64,000 nt of DNA, from assembly GCA_963774445.1 (NCBI GenBank), contig CAVZFC010000035.1, positions 261,470 through 325,469 of the forward strand, given 5' to 3'. The position numbers were made by a program, and so were the translations under genes. A model generated the notes under the pieces. The model searched no databases, was not told the origin of the DNA, and worked only from the letters and a program-made list of their open reading frames with translations. This DNA is from an uncultured delta proteobacterium. GTDB lineage: Bacteria; Myxococcota_A; Polyangia; Haliangiales; Haliangiaceae. Positions 9,395-26,916 of the stretch are shown piece after piece. The stretch's first letter is position 1, and each line of letters opens with the position of its first letter.

Positions 9395-11218
<1,824 letters not shown>

Positions 11219-11223
11219 ATCTA

Positions 11224-11961
11224 GTGACCATGCTGACGAGCATGAGGGACGTGACGACGCGCGCTGGCACCACGCTGGCGCTGGCGATGGTTCTGGGTTG
11301 CAGCGGTGGCAGCGGCAAGGGGCCGACCGGGCCGGGCAACAGCCACGCGGCCACGGGCGATCAGGGCAACCCGTGTGGCGGCCTCGCCGACAACCCGTGC
11401 GCGGGCGGTGACGCCGGAGCCGGCACGACCGAGGCGGCGCAGCCCGCCTCGCTGGTCACCTTCGAGCTGGTCAATACCGACCCCGACCAACCGCTCGAGC
11501 TGGCGATCGACAAGGGCTGGAGCCTGGTGATCTCCGGCTACTCGGGCACGCCGCCCAAGGCGACGCCGATCATCCTGTTCCCGCAGCACTGCACGGCGTC
11601 GTGCGATGCCGGCGACGAGGATCGCTGCCCGGTGTGCGAGGCGCCCAAGGACGCGGCCGCGGAAAAGCAGGGCGAGCAGCGGCTGGTGATCGAGCCGGGC
11701 AAGTCGTACAGCCAGCCGTGGGACGGCCAGGTCCACCTCTACGAGAAGGGCAAGGGGACGCAGAAGGGGCGCCGCACCTCGTGCCAGTGCTTCCGCATGG
11801 AGCCGGTGCCACCGGAGACCTACACGCTGCGCGCGTGCGGCCTGCGGGTGACCACCAGCGCCAAGAAGACCAGCAAGTTCCAGTGCGCGACCACCGAGGT
11901 TCAGCTGCCGCCGGCCGAGCCGACCACGATTCGCTTCGAGTTCCCCAAGCCGGGGAAGTAG
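11224..11961 (+). CDS. Cys-containing lipoprotein, hypothetical
   Basis: Lipobox LGCSGG. Several Cys pairs (CPVCEAP, CQCF). Confidence 0.5.
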   Translation: MTMLTSMRDVTTRAGTTLALAMVLGCSGGSGKGPTGPGNSHAATGDQGNPCGGLADNPCAGGDAGAGTTEAAQPASLVTFELVNTDPDQPLELAIDKGWSLVISGYSGTPPKATPIILFPQHCTASCDAGDEDRCPVCEAPKDAAAEKQGEQRLVIEPGKSYSQPWDGQVHLYEKGKGTQKGRRTSCQCFRMEPVPPETYTLRACGLRVTTSAKKTSKFQCATTEVQLPPAEPTTIRFEFPKPGK

Positions 11962-11984
11962 GCGCCGTCCCAGGTGACCCGAAG

Positions 11985-12464
11985 GTGAGCAAGAAGCTGA
12001 CCCACTTCGACGACGCCGGCGCGGCGCACATGGTCGAGGTGGGGGCCAAGCCGGAGAGTGCACGCGAGGCGGTGGCCTCCGGGCGCGTCCTCTGTGCCGC
12101 CGAGACGGCCCGGCTCATCGCCGAGGGCCGGGTAGGCAAGGGGGACGTGCTGGGGGTGGCGCGGATCGCCGGAATCCAGGCAATCAAACGCACGGCCGAG
12201 CTGATCCCGCTGTGCCATCCGCTGCGCATCACGGGGGTCGAGCTGGAGCTGGAGCTGGCCGACGCTCCGCCCTCGGTGGTCATTCGCGCCACGGTGCGCG
12301 CCCACGACCGCACCGGGGTCGAGATGGAGGCCCTGACGGCGGTCTCGGTGGCGGCGCTGACCGTCTACGACATGTGCAAGGCGGCCGACCGGGGCATGCA
12401 GATCACCGATGTCCGCCTGGAGCGCAAGGCGGGGGGGAAGTCCGGCACCTGGACGCGAGACTGA
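11985..12464 (+). CDS. moaC: cyclic pyranopterin monophosphate synthase MoaC
   Basis: GTG start (VSKKLTHFD). Conserved [10 protein letters not shown]...IPLCHPL...[24 protein letters not shown]. Confidence 0.85.
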   Translation: MSKKLTHFDDAGAAHMVEVGAKPESAREAVASGRVLCAAETARLIAEGRVGKGDVLGVARIAGIQAIKRTAELIPLCHPLRITGVELELELADAPPSVVIRATVRAHDRTGVEMEALTAVSVAALTVYDMCKAADRGMQITDVRLERKAGGKSGTWTRD

Positions 12465-12507
12465 CGGCCCTTCGGCGGCGATTGGCGCATCCCCGGGCAG
12501 TTCGGGT

Positions 12508-13077
<570 letters not shown>

Positions 13078-13078
13078 C

Positions 13079-13639
13079 GTGACCCGCTGGCTCATCGCCC
13101 TGGCCGTGGCCGGCGCCCTGGCCGCCGCGCCCGCCGCGGCGCGCGCCGACGATCTGCCGTCGGGCCAGCTGGGCACCGTCGGCGGCGTCCGCCAGGGCAC
13201 CGGACAGCTGGGCGAGGTTTTCGGCCTGGGCGGCATGCTCGGCATGCGCGCCGGCTGGCAGCGCTCCAGCACCGAGCGCCACTGGTCGTTCGGCGTCGGC
13301 TGGGAGGTGCTGTGGGGTTTCTTTGCGGCCAACGACCCGGGTATCAGCAACGAGTCGCTGCGCCTGCTGGAGATGAACCTTGGCCTGCGCGTGCGCCGCC
13401 TGCTGGGTCAGGGGACGCCGCGGTTCTTGTTGCTGCAGAGCGGCGTGACCGTGCTGCGCTCCAACGTGCCGATCCCACCGGACTCGGAGCGCAACTACGT
13501 CGGCCCGTATGTCGGCCTGGGCATCGAGCAGTACCTGCTGGGCCGCTTCCTCTTGACCGTCGAGTGGCGCTACGGCGTCCTCGTCGGCGGCCCCGGTAGC
13601 CTGACCGGGCTGATCAGCTTCTCCGTCGGCAACCGCTGA
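13079..13639 (+). CDS. secreted small beta-barrel-like protein, hypothetical
   Basis: Signal peptide ...AAPAAARADD. Alternating hydrophobic pattern. C-terminal LISFSVGNR. Confidence 0.45.
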   Translation: MTRWLIALAVAGALAAAPAAARADDLPSGQLGTVGGVRQGTGQLGEVFGLGGMLGMRAGWQRSSTERHWSFGVGWEVLWGFFAANDPGISNESLRLLEMNLGLRVRRLLGQGTPRFLLLQSGVTVLRSNVPIPPDSERNYVGPYVGLGIEQYLLGRFLLTVEWRYGVLVGGPGSLTGLISFSVGNR

Positions 13640-13800
13640 CGCGGCGAGGGCGCACCCTTCGACTACGGGCGCTACGCGCCCTCCGCTCAGGGTGACCGGA
13701 ACGAAGGCGCGGGCGGTTGATCGAGGCCGGTCGCCCTGAGCGAGCGGCGCGCGCGAAGCGGGCGCCGCGGTGTCGAAGGGCGCGCCTGTGGCGCCCGCGC
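13640..13800. repeat. composite palindromic REP-like element (same family as 28106..28170)
   Basis: Contains gcgcacccttcgac...gctcagggtgaccgg and ccggtcgccctgagc...gtcgaagggcgcgcc. These are the two arms of the 28.1-kb palindrome, here arranged around a central spacer. It lies between convergent genes. Confidence 0.6.
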
Positions 13801-13866
13801 GCCCCGGACGCAAGAACGCCCGGGGGGCCGGTGGGCCGCCCGGGCGTCCAGACTATCGCAGCCGTC

Positions 13867-14208
13867 TCAGATCTTGCCGAGGAGCATGAACGAGATGACC
13901 AGCGCGTAGATCACGAGCGACTCGATGAGGGCCAGGCCCAGAATCATCGGCGTCATGATCTTGCCGGAGGCGCCGGGGTTGCGGGCGATGCCGTCCAGCG
14001 CGCTGGCGGCGGCGCGGCCCTGGCCCATGCCACCACCGAAGGCGGCGATGCCGATGCCCAGGCCGGCGGCGAGCGCGATCCAGCCCTTGGCGCCCTCCTT
14101 CGCGGCTGCGACGCTGGTGCCGTCATCGGCGAACGCCACGGCGGCGATCGCCAGGACCGTGAGCGCCGACAGCGCCATCAGAATGAGCTTGATCTTGCGG
14201 TTCGTCAT
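13867..14208 (-). CDS. atpE: F0F1 ATP synthase subunit c
   Basis: 113 aa. Hairpin with GRAAASALDGIARNPGA...LALIESLVIY. ATG verified at 14206-14208. Confidence 0.9.
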   Translation of the reverse strand: MTNRKIKLILMALSALTVLAIAAVAFADDGTSVAAAKEGAKGWIALAAGLGIGIAAFGGGMGQGRAAASALDGIARNPGASGKIMTPMILGLALIESLVIYALVISFMLLGKI

Positions 14209-14249
14209 GTCGTGTCTTCCTTTACTCTCGAATCGGTTGTCTCGGTGGT

Positions 14250-15035
14250 CTAGTGGTCGTGGGCGATGGCCATCGAGATGTAGACCATCGACAGAAGGCA
14301 GAAAACCAGGGTCTGCACGACAGTGACGAGCAGACCGAGGAACAGGAACGGGACTGGAACGAAGAACGGCACCAGGCCGAAGAAGGTGAAGACCACCTTG
14401 TGGTCGCCGACCATGTTGCCCATGAGGCGGATGGCCAGCGACAGCGGCCGAACGAAGTGACTGATCAACTCGATGACCAGCATCAGCGGCGCGATCACCT
14501 TGATCGGCCCCATGAAGTGGCCGACGTACTTGGCCACGCCGTGCTCTTTGATGCCGTAGATGTGCGTGGCGAAGAAGATGATCAGCGCCGGCGCCAGGTT
14601 GGTGCGCAGGAACGTGGTCGACACGCCCATGCCCGGGATCAGCGCCATCATGTTGGAGAACAGGATGAAGAAGGCGCACGAGGCGATGAGCGGGAAGAAC
14701 CGGCGCGCGGCCTTTTCGCCCATCACGCCTTCCATCAGCGACAGCGTGGTGTCGCAGATCAGCTCGAAGAAGTGGCGCAGGTTGAACTTCGGCGGCGGCA
14801 CCAGGCCGGCCTCGCCGCGTCCGACGACCGCACCGCGGAAGCGGGCCGCGCCGTAGAGCACGAACGCCATGACGACCATCGCCCAGAAGACGTGGATGAA
14901 GGTCTGCGACGGCGTCCCGAACATCTTCCAGAAGCCGCCCAGCCATTCGTGATCGAAGTGGCGCAGCTTGCCGGACAGTCCGAGGACCGCGTCGTTCTTG
15001 TCCAGGTAATCGAGCCAGGTTTGATGTTCGCCCAT
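14250..15035 (-). CDS. atpB: F0F1 ATP synthase subunit a
   Basis: Internal start MGEHQTW. Conserved LSLAIRLMGNMVGDH motif containing the essential Arg. Confidence 0.9.
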   Translation of the reverse strand: MGEHQTWLDYLDKNDAVLGLSGKLRHFDHEWLGGFWKMFGTPSQTFIHVFWAMVVMAFVLYGAARFRGAVVGRGEAGLVPPPKFNLRHFFELICDTTLSLMEGVMGEKAARRFFPLIASCAFFILFSNMMALIPGMGVSTTFLRTNLAPALIIFFATHIYGIKEHGVAKYVGHFMGPIKVIAPLMLVIELISHFVRPLSLAIRLMGNMVGDHKVVFTFFGLVPFFVPVPFLFLGLLVTVVQTLVFCLLSMVYISMAIAHDH

Positions 15036-15054
15036 GAGATTTCGCGTCTTTGGT

Positions 15055-15441
15055 CTACGCGTCCTCGTCGCCGGCCGTCTGCGCCTGCCCGGTGAGCGAG
15101 CGAGCCGTTTCGATGGCGATCGAGACGAGGAAGATGGAGAAGCCCATCGCCAGGTAGGCCGGCGCAATGGGCAGGAAGCGGAGCGCGAGGAAGACCGCGG
15201 CGATGAGCAGCATCATCTTGGGCACCATGAAGTAGCCCGATTTGCCCTCACCCTTTTCCGCCTCGCTGAGCCAGCGAGTGACGATCCGCTTGATCATGCT
15301 GAAGTTGAGACTGCCGATTGCCACGCCGACGAGCACGCCCAGTGCCTGCTCCTTGGTAAGCAACAACGCGGCCGCGGCCGCGGCGATGCCGCCGAGAATG
15401 TAGTTGAGCCGTTCGATGCGGCCGAGGGCGCGAGTGTCCAT
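15055..15441 (-). CDS. ATP synthase protein I-like membrane protein
   Basis: Small protein with 3-4 TM segments, immediately upstream of atpB. Confidence 0.55.
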   Translation of the reverse strand: MDTRALGRIERLNYILGGIAAAAAALLLTKEQALGVLVGVAIGSLNFSMIKRIVTRWLSEAEKGEGKSGYFMVPKMMLLIAAVFLALRFLPIAPAYLAMGFSIFLVSIAIETARSLTGQAQTAGDEDA

Positions 15442-15445
15442 GCTG

Positions 15446-15709
15446 CTACTCGTTGGATTCGTCGTCGTCGTCGTTCGCTTCGTCGTCGGCCATTTGCTTC
15501 GCTACCCGGATGACACCCTTGAAGCCGGCGGCAATGCCCAGGCAGAGGAACAGAAGCATCAGCCAGGGGTCGGTGCCCAGCCAGCGGTCCAGGTAATGAC
15601 CGATGGCCCAGCCCACGACTACCGCCAGTGCCAGCTCGAGTCCGACCGAAGCGGCACTCGCGGTCTTGTACAGCTGGGTGACCTTGTTTGGCTTCGGGTT
15701 CGGTTCCAT
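15446..15709 (-). CDS. AtpZ/AtpR-like small membrane protein
   Basis: 87 aa, two TM segments, acidic tail. First gene of the F0 sub-operon. Confidence 0.5.
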   Translation of the reverse strand: MEPNPKPNKVTQLYKTASAASVGLELALAVVVGWAIGHYLDRWLGTDPWLMLLFLCLGIAAGFKGVIRVAKQMADDEANDDDDESNE

Positions 15710-15851
15710 CCGGCTACCGAGGGCTGCGTCTTGCCTTCGCGTCTCTAGGGCAACTCCTACGATGTTCCAGGGTTAGCGATCGCTTCAGCGGCCGGGCAGG
15801 GCGTCGGGAAATTTCGGCCGCCTCGTAACACGCGGCTTCGCGGGAGGTCAA

Positions 15852-17135
15852 TCACAAACTCCCCAGGACGGCGGCCCCCGCGGCCAGTATCTCGTTGATT
15901 TCACTCTCGCTGTGAGCCAGCGAGACGAACATCGCCTCGAACTGGGACGGCGCCAGCCAGATCCCCCGCTCGCGCATCCCGGCGAACCAGCGGCCGAACC
16001 GCACGGTGTCGGCCTTTTTGGCCGAGGCGTAGTCGGTGACCGGCCCCTCGCAGAAGAACAGGGTCATCGCCGAGCCGACCCGGTTGAGGCAGGCGGGCAC
16101 GCCCGCGGTCCGGGCGGCCGCGAGCAGGCCGTCACCCAGGGCGGCGCCCAGCTCCTCCAGGCGCTCGTAGGTGTTGGGCCGGCGCAGCACCTCCAGCGTC
16201 GCCAACCCGGCGGCCATCGCCAGCGGATTGCCGCTCAGCGTGCCGGCCTGGTAGACGTCGCCGTCCGGGGCCAGGTGGTCCATGATGTCGGCGCGGCCGC
16301 CGAAAGCTGCCGCCGGCAGGCCGCCGCCGATGATCTTGCCCAGGCAGGTGAGGTCGGGGCCGACCTGGTAGTGCGACTGGGCCCCTCCGTAGGCGACGCG
16401 GAAGCCGGTGATGACCTCGTCGAACACCAGGAGCGCCCCGTGCTCGAGGGTGATCTCGCGCAGCGCCTCGAGGTAGCCCGGCTGCGGCGGGACCACGCCC
16501 ATGTTGCCGGCCACCGGCTCGACGATCACCGCCGCGATCTGGTCCGGGTGATTGATGAACAGCGCGCGCACCGCGTCCGGATCGTTGTACGGCACCAGCA
16601 GGGTGTCGGCGGCGTTACCGCTGGCGACGCCGGCCGAGCCGGGGATGCCCAGGGTGGCCGCGCCCGAGCCGGCCGCGACCAGCAGGAAGTCGGCGTGGCC
16701 GTGGTAGCCGCCGTCGCACTTGACGATCTTGTCGCGGCCGGTGAAGCCGCGGGCCAGGCGCAGGGCGCTCATGGTCGCCTCGGTGCCGGACGACACCGCG
16801 CGCACCTTCTCGACCGTCGGCACCGCCTCGACCAGCGCCTCGGCGAAGCGGACCTCGAGCTCGGTTGACGCGCCAAAGGTGGTGCCGTCGCTCATGGTCT
16901 CGCGGATGGCGTCCATCACCTCGGGGTGAGTGTGACCGAGGATGAGCGGCCCCCACGACGACACCATGTCGATGAAGCGGTCGCCGTCGGCCGAGATGAT
17001 GTGGCAGCCGTCGCCGGCGGCGGCGAACAGCGGGTTGACGCCGACCGAGCGGCAGGCGCGCACCGGCGAGTTGACCCCGCCGGGGATGACCTGGCGGGCG
17101 CGGGCGAACAGGCTGCGGCTGGTCTCGTCGTTCAT
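15852..17135 (-). CDS. hemL: glutamate-1-semialdehyde 2,1-aminomutase
   Basis: Class III aminotransferase with [12 protein letters not shown]...DEVITGFR. Start taken at [10 protein letters not shown]. Confidence 0.9.
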   Translation of the reverse strand: MNDETSRSLFARARQVIPGGVNSPVRACRSVGVNPLFAAAGDGCHIISADGDRFIDMVSSWGPLILGHTHPEVMDAIRETMSDGTTFGASTELEVRFAEALVEAVPTVEKVRAVSSGTEATMSALRLARGFTGRDKIVKCDGGYHGHADFLLVAAGSGAATLGIPGSAGVASGNAADTLLVPYNDPDAVRALFINHPDQIAAVIVEPVAGNMGVVPPQPGYLEALREITLEHGALLVFDEVITGFRVAYGGAQSHYQVGPDLTCLGKIIGGGLPAAAFGGRADIMDHLAPDGDVYQAGTLSGNPLAMAAGLATLEVLRRPNTYERLEELGAALGDGLLAAARTAGVPACLNRVGSAMTLFFCEGPVTDYASAKKADTVRFGRWFAGMRERGIWLAPSQFEAMFVSLAHSESEINEILAAGAAVLGSL

Positions 17136-17136
17136 C

Positions 17137-19797
<2,661 letters not shown>

Positions 19798-19951
19798 CCG
19801 GGGTCTCCTGGGATTACAGGAACTTGAAGGATTCCTGCGACTTAGAGCGTCCTTCTATACCCTCCCGGGAGGCAAAGCGCAACGCCGAATCGGACCTGGA
19901 TCGAACCGTTTTTCCTTTGTTATTACAGCCTTTTGGGCTAGGTAGGGAGCG

Positions 19952-21984
<2,033 letters not shown>

Positions 21985-21988
<4 letters not shown>

Positions 21989-22998
21989 CCCGCGCGCTGG
22001 TCACCGGGGCGACGGGGTTCATCGGTCGGTATCTGGTCGAGCTGCTCAGGGAGTCCGGCCACGACGTGGTCTGTCTGGTGCGGCCGTCGTCGGATCGCAG
22101 CGCGCTCCAGGCGCTGGGCTGCGACTTCGCCGAGGGCGACATCACCGATCCGTCGTCGATGGAAGCGCCGGCGGCTGCCGCCGACGTCGTCTTCCACCTG
22201 GCGGCGATGCTCAAGCAGCCGTGGCACGCCGAGTTCATGGCGACCAACGCCGACGGCGTGCGCGCCGTGGCCGCCGCCTGCGCCGCCGCCGACACGCCGC
22301 CGGTCCTGGTCACGGTGTCGTCGATCGCGGCGGCCGGGCCGAGCAACGGCGGGCGCCCGCGCACCGAGGACGATCCGCCGGCGCCGGTGTCGCGCTACGG
22401 CCGCTCCAAGCTGGGCGGTGAAGAGGCCGCGCGCGAGCACGCCAAGCGGGTGCCGATCACCATCATCCGCCCGCCGGCAGTGATCGGCGCGCGCGACCGC
22501 GCGTCGCTGCCGCTGTTCCGCGCCGCCGCCCGCGGCGTCCACGCCGTGCCCGGCGACGGCAACGCGCGACTGGCGATGGTCCACGTGTTGGATCTGGCCG
22601 CGGCCATCGCCGCCGCCGCCGAGCGTGGCGAGCGGCTGCCGGCGCCCGGCCCGGACGCGCCGCTGGGGCAGGGCGTCTACTTCGCCGCCGCCACCGAGCA
22701 GCCGACCCTGCGCGAGCTGGGGCCGATGCTGGCCACCGCGGTCGGGCGCGAGCGGGTGCGCGTCCTGCCGACGCCGGCGACGCTGTCCAAGCTGGTCGGC
22801 GGCATCGCCGAGGGGCTGGCGCGCCTGCGCGACAAGCCGAGCATCGTCAACTACGACAAGATGATCGAGGCCAACGCCGGCTCGTGGATCTGCAGCACCG
22901 ACAAGGCGCGCGAGCAGCTCGACTGGCAGCCGGCGGCCACGCTGGGGGAGCGGCTGGAGCAGACCGGCGCGTGGTACCGGCGGGAGGGCTGGCTCTGA
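21985..22998 (+). CDS. NAD-dependent epimerase/dehydratase
   Basis: GTG start overlapping the previous stop. Rossmann [19 protein letters not shown] active-site motif. Confidence 0.8.
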
Positions 22999-23762
22999 GC
23001 CGGCCCGCCCTGCACCTCCAGCGCCGCGGCGCCGGGCCCGCAGTCCTGTTCATCCACGGCAGCGCCGCCGACCACACCACCTGGGCGATGCAGGCGGCGC
23101 TGGCCGCGTCGCTCGAGCTGGTCACCTACGATCGCCGGGGCAGCGGTGCGTCACCGCCGGCGCCGGCTGGCGTCCGGGTCGAGGACCACGCCGCCGACGC
23201 CGCGGTATTGATCGATGAGCAGCTCGGCGGCGGCCCGGTGCTGGTCTGCGGCTCGAGCTTCGGCGCCGTGGTCTCGCTGGAGCTGGCGCGGTCGCGACCG
23301 GAGCTGGTCCGCGGGCTGGTCCTGTGCGAGCCGCCGATGCCGTGCCACGACGACCTGCCGGCGATGCCGCAGGGGTTCGGCTGCGCCTTCGACGCCCGGG
23401 TCGCCACCCTCGGGGGCGAGGCCGGGGGCGCCTTCTTCCTGCAGCTGGTGCTGGGGCCGGCCTACGATTGCCTGCCGGCGCGCTACCAGGCGCGAGCGGC
23501 CGGCGAGTGGCGGGCGATCCGCGCCGACTGCCTGGCCCTGCAGCGCTATCGGCCGCGCTATCGCGAGCTGGGGGCGGTGGTGATGCCGGTGCTGTTGGTC
23601 GCCGGCGAGCGGTCGGTCGGCCATTTCGACGCCACCATCGACTCGCTCCAGCTCCATCTTCCGGATGCGCGTCTGGTCACACTCCCGCGCGCCGGGCACA
23701 TGATGCAGGCCGAGCGGTTCCGCCTGTTCAACAACTATCTCGCGGAGTTCGCCGGGGTCTGA
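22971..23762 (+). CDS. alpha/beta hydrolase
   Basis: VLFIHGSAADHTTW. Nucleophile elbow GSSFG. C-terminal GHMMQ. Confidence 0.7.
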   Translation: MVPAGGLALSRPALHLQRRGAGPAVLFIHGSAADHTTWAMQAALAASLELVTYDRRGSGASPPAPAGVRVEDHAADAAVLIDEQLGGGPVLVCGSSFGAVVSLELARSRPELVRGLVLCEPPMPCHDDLPAMPQGFGCAFDARVATLGGEAGGAFFLQLVLGPAYDCLPARYQARAAGEWRAIRADCLALQRYRPRYRELGAVVMPVLLVAGERSVGHFDATIDSLQLHLPDARLVTLPRAGHMMQAERFRLFNNYLAEFAGV

Positions 23763-23857
23763 AAAAAGTCGCGAAGGGTCCGGTGCGAGCGGGCACTACA
23801 TCAGTAAGACGCGCGCGCTTTCCTGCTCAACCCCCATTCCGGGAGAGGACCCCACCC

Positions 23858-25141
23858 ATGACAACCGCGATGAAGACCGCGATGCGATCGGGCGCGCTGC
23901 GTGCGCTCCTGGCTACCGCGGCCCTGTGCGCTGCGTGCGCCGATCCGCCATCCACCCAGACGCTGTCGGGGCGTCTATCCACCTCTAGCTTCGACTCTCG
24001 CCCCGTCGGTGTGCGCGTGGTCCAGGGCGATCAAGTGATCGCCGAGGCCCCGCTGCGTGGCGACGGCTCGTACGCCGTGGCCGTGCCCGAGGGCACCGGC
24101 TATCGCCTCGAGGTCGTCACCGCCGACGGCGCCCATCCGTTCGTCGTCAAGAACGGCCAGGGCACCCGGCGCGTCGCCTTCGACGTCTGCGGTGGCGGCA
24201 ACGATGCCTGGGATCTGGGCATGGGCGTCTACTGGGGCGGCGACGGCACCGACTCGTCGGGCGGCGGCCGCGACTCGTCGGGCGACGGCTCGTCCGGCAG
24301 CGGTGGCGGCTCCAGCGATCCCGGCTGCGGTGGTGGCGATCCGCCGCCTCCGTGCGACCCGGCCGATCCCAACTGCGTGCCGCCGCCGTGCGGGCCGGAC
24401 GGCTCCGGTTGCTGTGACCCGAGCGATCCCAACTGCGTGCCGCCGCCTCCGTGCGACCCGGCCGTGGATCCGAACTGCCCGCCGCCGCCTCCTCCTCCGT
24501 GCGACCCGGCGACGGATCCGAGCTGCGTGCCTCCGCCGTGCGGACCGGACGGCTCCGGTTGCTGCGACCCGAGCGATCCGAACTGCCCGCCGCCGCCGCC
24601 GCCGTGCGACCCGTCAACCGATCCCAACTGCGATCCGTGTGGTCCCGACGGCTCCGGCTGCTGCGATCCGACGGATCCGAACTGCCCGCCGCCGCCGTGC
24701 GATGCGACGGATCCGAACTGTCCGCCGCCGCCGCCGTGCGACCCATCAACCGATCCCAACTGCGATCCGTGTGGCCCCGACGGCTCCAACTGCTGCGATT
24801 CCAGCGATCCCAACTGCCAACCGCCGCCTCCGCCCTGCGATGCGACGGATCCCAACTGCGATCCCTGCCTGATCGACCCGACGTTCTGTGATCCGTGCCT
24901 CGCGAACCCGGATTGGTGCTGGCCTCCGCCGCCGCCTTGCGAGGACAATGGGGATCCCGCCGGTTGTGGCCCTACCGACCCCACGTGCGACCCCACCGAT
25001 CCGATCTGCTGGCCCGATCCCACGCCGCCGCCCCCCGACTGCGGCGATCCGTGGGCCGATCCCAACGCTCCGTGTGGCGTTCCGCCCGACGACGGCTGCG
25101 TGATCGACCCACCGCCAGCCTTCGGTTGCGAGGCCGGCTGA
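23858..25141 (+). CDS. lipoprotein with N-terminal CarboxypepD_reg/transthyretin-like domain and C-terminal Cys-Asp-Pro repeat region
   Basis: Lipobox LCAAC. RVVQGDQVIAEAPLRGDGSYAVAVPEGTGYRLEVV. At least 4 copies of CGPDGSGCCDP(S/T)DPNC separated by PPPP(P)CDPxTDPNC, with about 45 Cys in 240 aa. Confidence 0.7.
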   Translation: MTTAMKTAMRSGALRALLATAALCAACADPPSTQTLSGRLSTSSFDSRPVGVRVVQGDQVIAEAPLRGDGSYAVAVPEGTGYRLEVVTADGAHPFVVKNGQGTRRVAFDVCGGGNDAWDLGMGVYWGGDGTDSSGGGRDSSGDGSSGSGGGSSDPGCGGGDPPPPCDPADPNCVPPPCGPDGSGCCDPSDPNCVPPPPCDPAVDPNCPPPPPPPCDPATDPSCVPPPCGPDGSGCCDPSDPNCPPPPPPCDPSTDPNCDPCGPDGSGCCDPTDPNCPPPPCDATDPNCPPPPPCDPSTDPNCDPCGPDGSNCCDSSDPNCQPPPPPCDATDPNCDPCLIDPTFCDPCLANPDWCWPPPPPCEDNGDPAGCGPTDPTCDPTDPICWPDPTPPPPDCGDPWADPNAPCGVPPDDGCVIDPPPAFGCEAG

Positions 25142-25142
25142 G

Positions 25143-26317
25143 TTGAAAGCTCGGCTGGCAGGAGCGTGCGCGACGGTCGCGATCGCGGTCGGTTGGACCG
25201 CCGCGTCCGCTCCTGCCCAGCCGCGTTGTTCCGAGACCGGCGCCCCCACGGCGTCGGTTTCCGGCGGTCCGGAGGCGGGCGACGTGGCGCGCGCCCTGCG
25301 CGCCCGCGGTGTCCGCGCCGCCGCTGATTCGTGCGCCGCTGTTCGCGTGACGGTCGGCGCCGGTGAGCGCGGGCTCGAGGTCACGGTCCACGCCGCCGAC
25401 GGACGCGACGCCCGTCGCCGCGTCTCCACCGCCGAGATGGCCGCGGTCTGGATCGACTCTTGGGTGCGCGACGACGCGGTCGCGCCGCTGCTGGCGGTGC
25501 CGGAGCCGGTGCCACCAACGACCGCGGCCGCGGCAATTCCCGCCGAGTCCCGGACGGGCTCCCGGCGCCGCGGCGCTGTCGCCGCCCGGCGACGTCGTTC
25601 CTCGCCAGCAGACGCCGGCCGCGCGCCACTGGCTGTCGCTCGGCGCTGGCGTCGACTTTCTCTCCGGCGACGAGGGCTCCAGCTCGCGCTCGGTGCGCGG
25701 CAGCGCCTGCGTTGCGGCCGGCCCGTTGTGCGTCGGTCTCGACGGACGCTACGCCGACGCCTCGTCGCTGGCGCCCGAGGACAACATGACGCAGCTCCGC
25801 CGGCGCGGTGTTCGACCTCATGGCCACCGCCCGCTGGCCGGTGTCGGTCGGCCGCGCGGTGCTGGCGCCGAGCGCGTCGGTCGGCCTGGGTTGGATGCGC
25901 ACCGAGAAGCGCTGGCCGACCGACAACATCACCGATCCGCCCCCGTGCGGCCCGGACGGCGCAGGCTGCTGCGATCCGGCCAGCGATCCCAACTGCTGCG
26001 ATCCCACGACCCCCAACTGCGTGCCGACTCCACCGCCGCCGTACACTCCGGTCGATCACTACGCCAAGGACACCTTCGAGCTCCGCGTCGGCGGCTCGCT
26101 GTCGCTGACGCTGCCGGTGACCGACAACGTGGCGGTCGAGCTGGCGGCCGGCGTTGTCTTCTCGCCCACGGCCAGCAAGAACCCGATCGATCCCTACGCC
26201 GCCGACCGCGCCGACCCGACCAAGGACCCGCCGCCCGCGGATTCGCTCAATACGCTGCCGGCCGAGCCGGGACGCTCCACCTGGTTGGGGCTCGGCGTGA
26301 GGGTGGGGCTGCCGTGA
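25143..26317 (+). pseudogene. secreted protein carrying one CGPDGAGCCDPASDPNCCDP motif plus beta-barrel-like C-terminus, disrupted by two frameshifts
   Basis: The plausible protein reads in frame 0 (25143..~25560), then frame +1 (~25570..25800), then frame +2 (25811..26317). Frame +2 has an in-frame TGA just upstream of VFDLMATARWP. Confidence 0.45.
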
Positions 26318-26916
26318 AGTCGCGCCGGGGGCAGATCGTCCCGCTGCGCCGGGTCGTCGGCGACGCCAGCGAGATGTCGGACGAGGCGCTGCTCGCCGCC
26401 TGCGCCGTGGCTGAGCCGGCCGCGCTCGGCGCGCTGTTCGACCGGCACGCCGCCTGCGTGCACCGGTTCCTCGGCCGCCTCGCCCCGGCCGGCCGCGGCG
26501 ACCTGGACGATCTGGTGCAGATGACGTTCGTCGAGGTGTGGAAGTCGTCATCGCGCTTCCGCGGCACCGGCTCGGCGCGCAGCTGGATCCTCGGCATCGC
26601 GGCCAACGTCGCCCGCCACCACGCGCGCGGCGAGGCCCGCCGTTCCAGCGCCTTGCGCGACCTGGCCGAGGTGCCGCGGCCGCGAGCGCCGCGCCCGGAT
26701 GAGCAGGCCGCCCGCGGGCAGCTCGTCGAGCGCCTGGCCGACGCCGTGCGCGCGCTGCCCCACGACCTGCGGGTGGCGTTCGTCCTGTGCGACGTCGAAG
26801 GCATTCCGGGAGCGGCCGCCGCACGCTCCCTGGGAGTTCGCGAAGGAACCATGTGGCGCCGGCTGCACGACGCGCGCAAGCGCCTGCGCACCCGGCTCGA
26901 AGGGAGGCCATCATGA
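26314..26916 (+). CDS. ECF-family RNA polymerase sigma factor
   Basis: Region 2 (DLVQMTFVEVWK) and region 4 (AARSLGVREGTMWRRLHDARKRLR). GTG start. An alternative ATG lies at 26374. Confidence 0.8.
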   Translation: MKSRRGQIVPLRRVVGDASEMSDEALLAACAVAEPAALGALFDRHAACVHRFLGRLAPAGRGDLDDLVQMTFVEVWKSSSRFRGTGSARSWILGIAANVARHHARGEARRSSALRDLAEVPRPRAPRPDEQAARGQLVERLADAVRALPHDLRVAFVLCDVEGIPGAAAARSLGVREGTMWRRLHDARKRLRTRLEGRPS

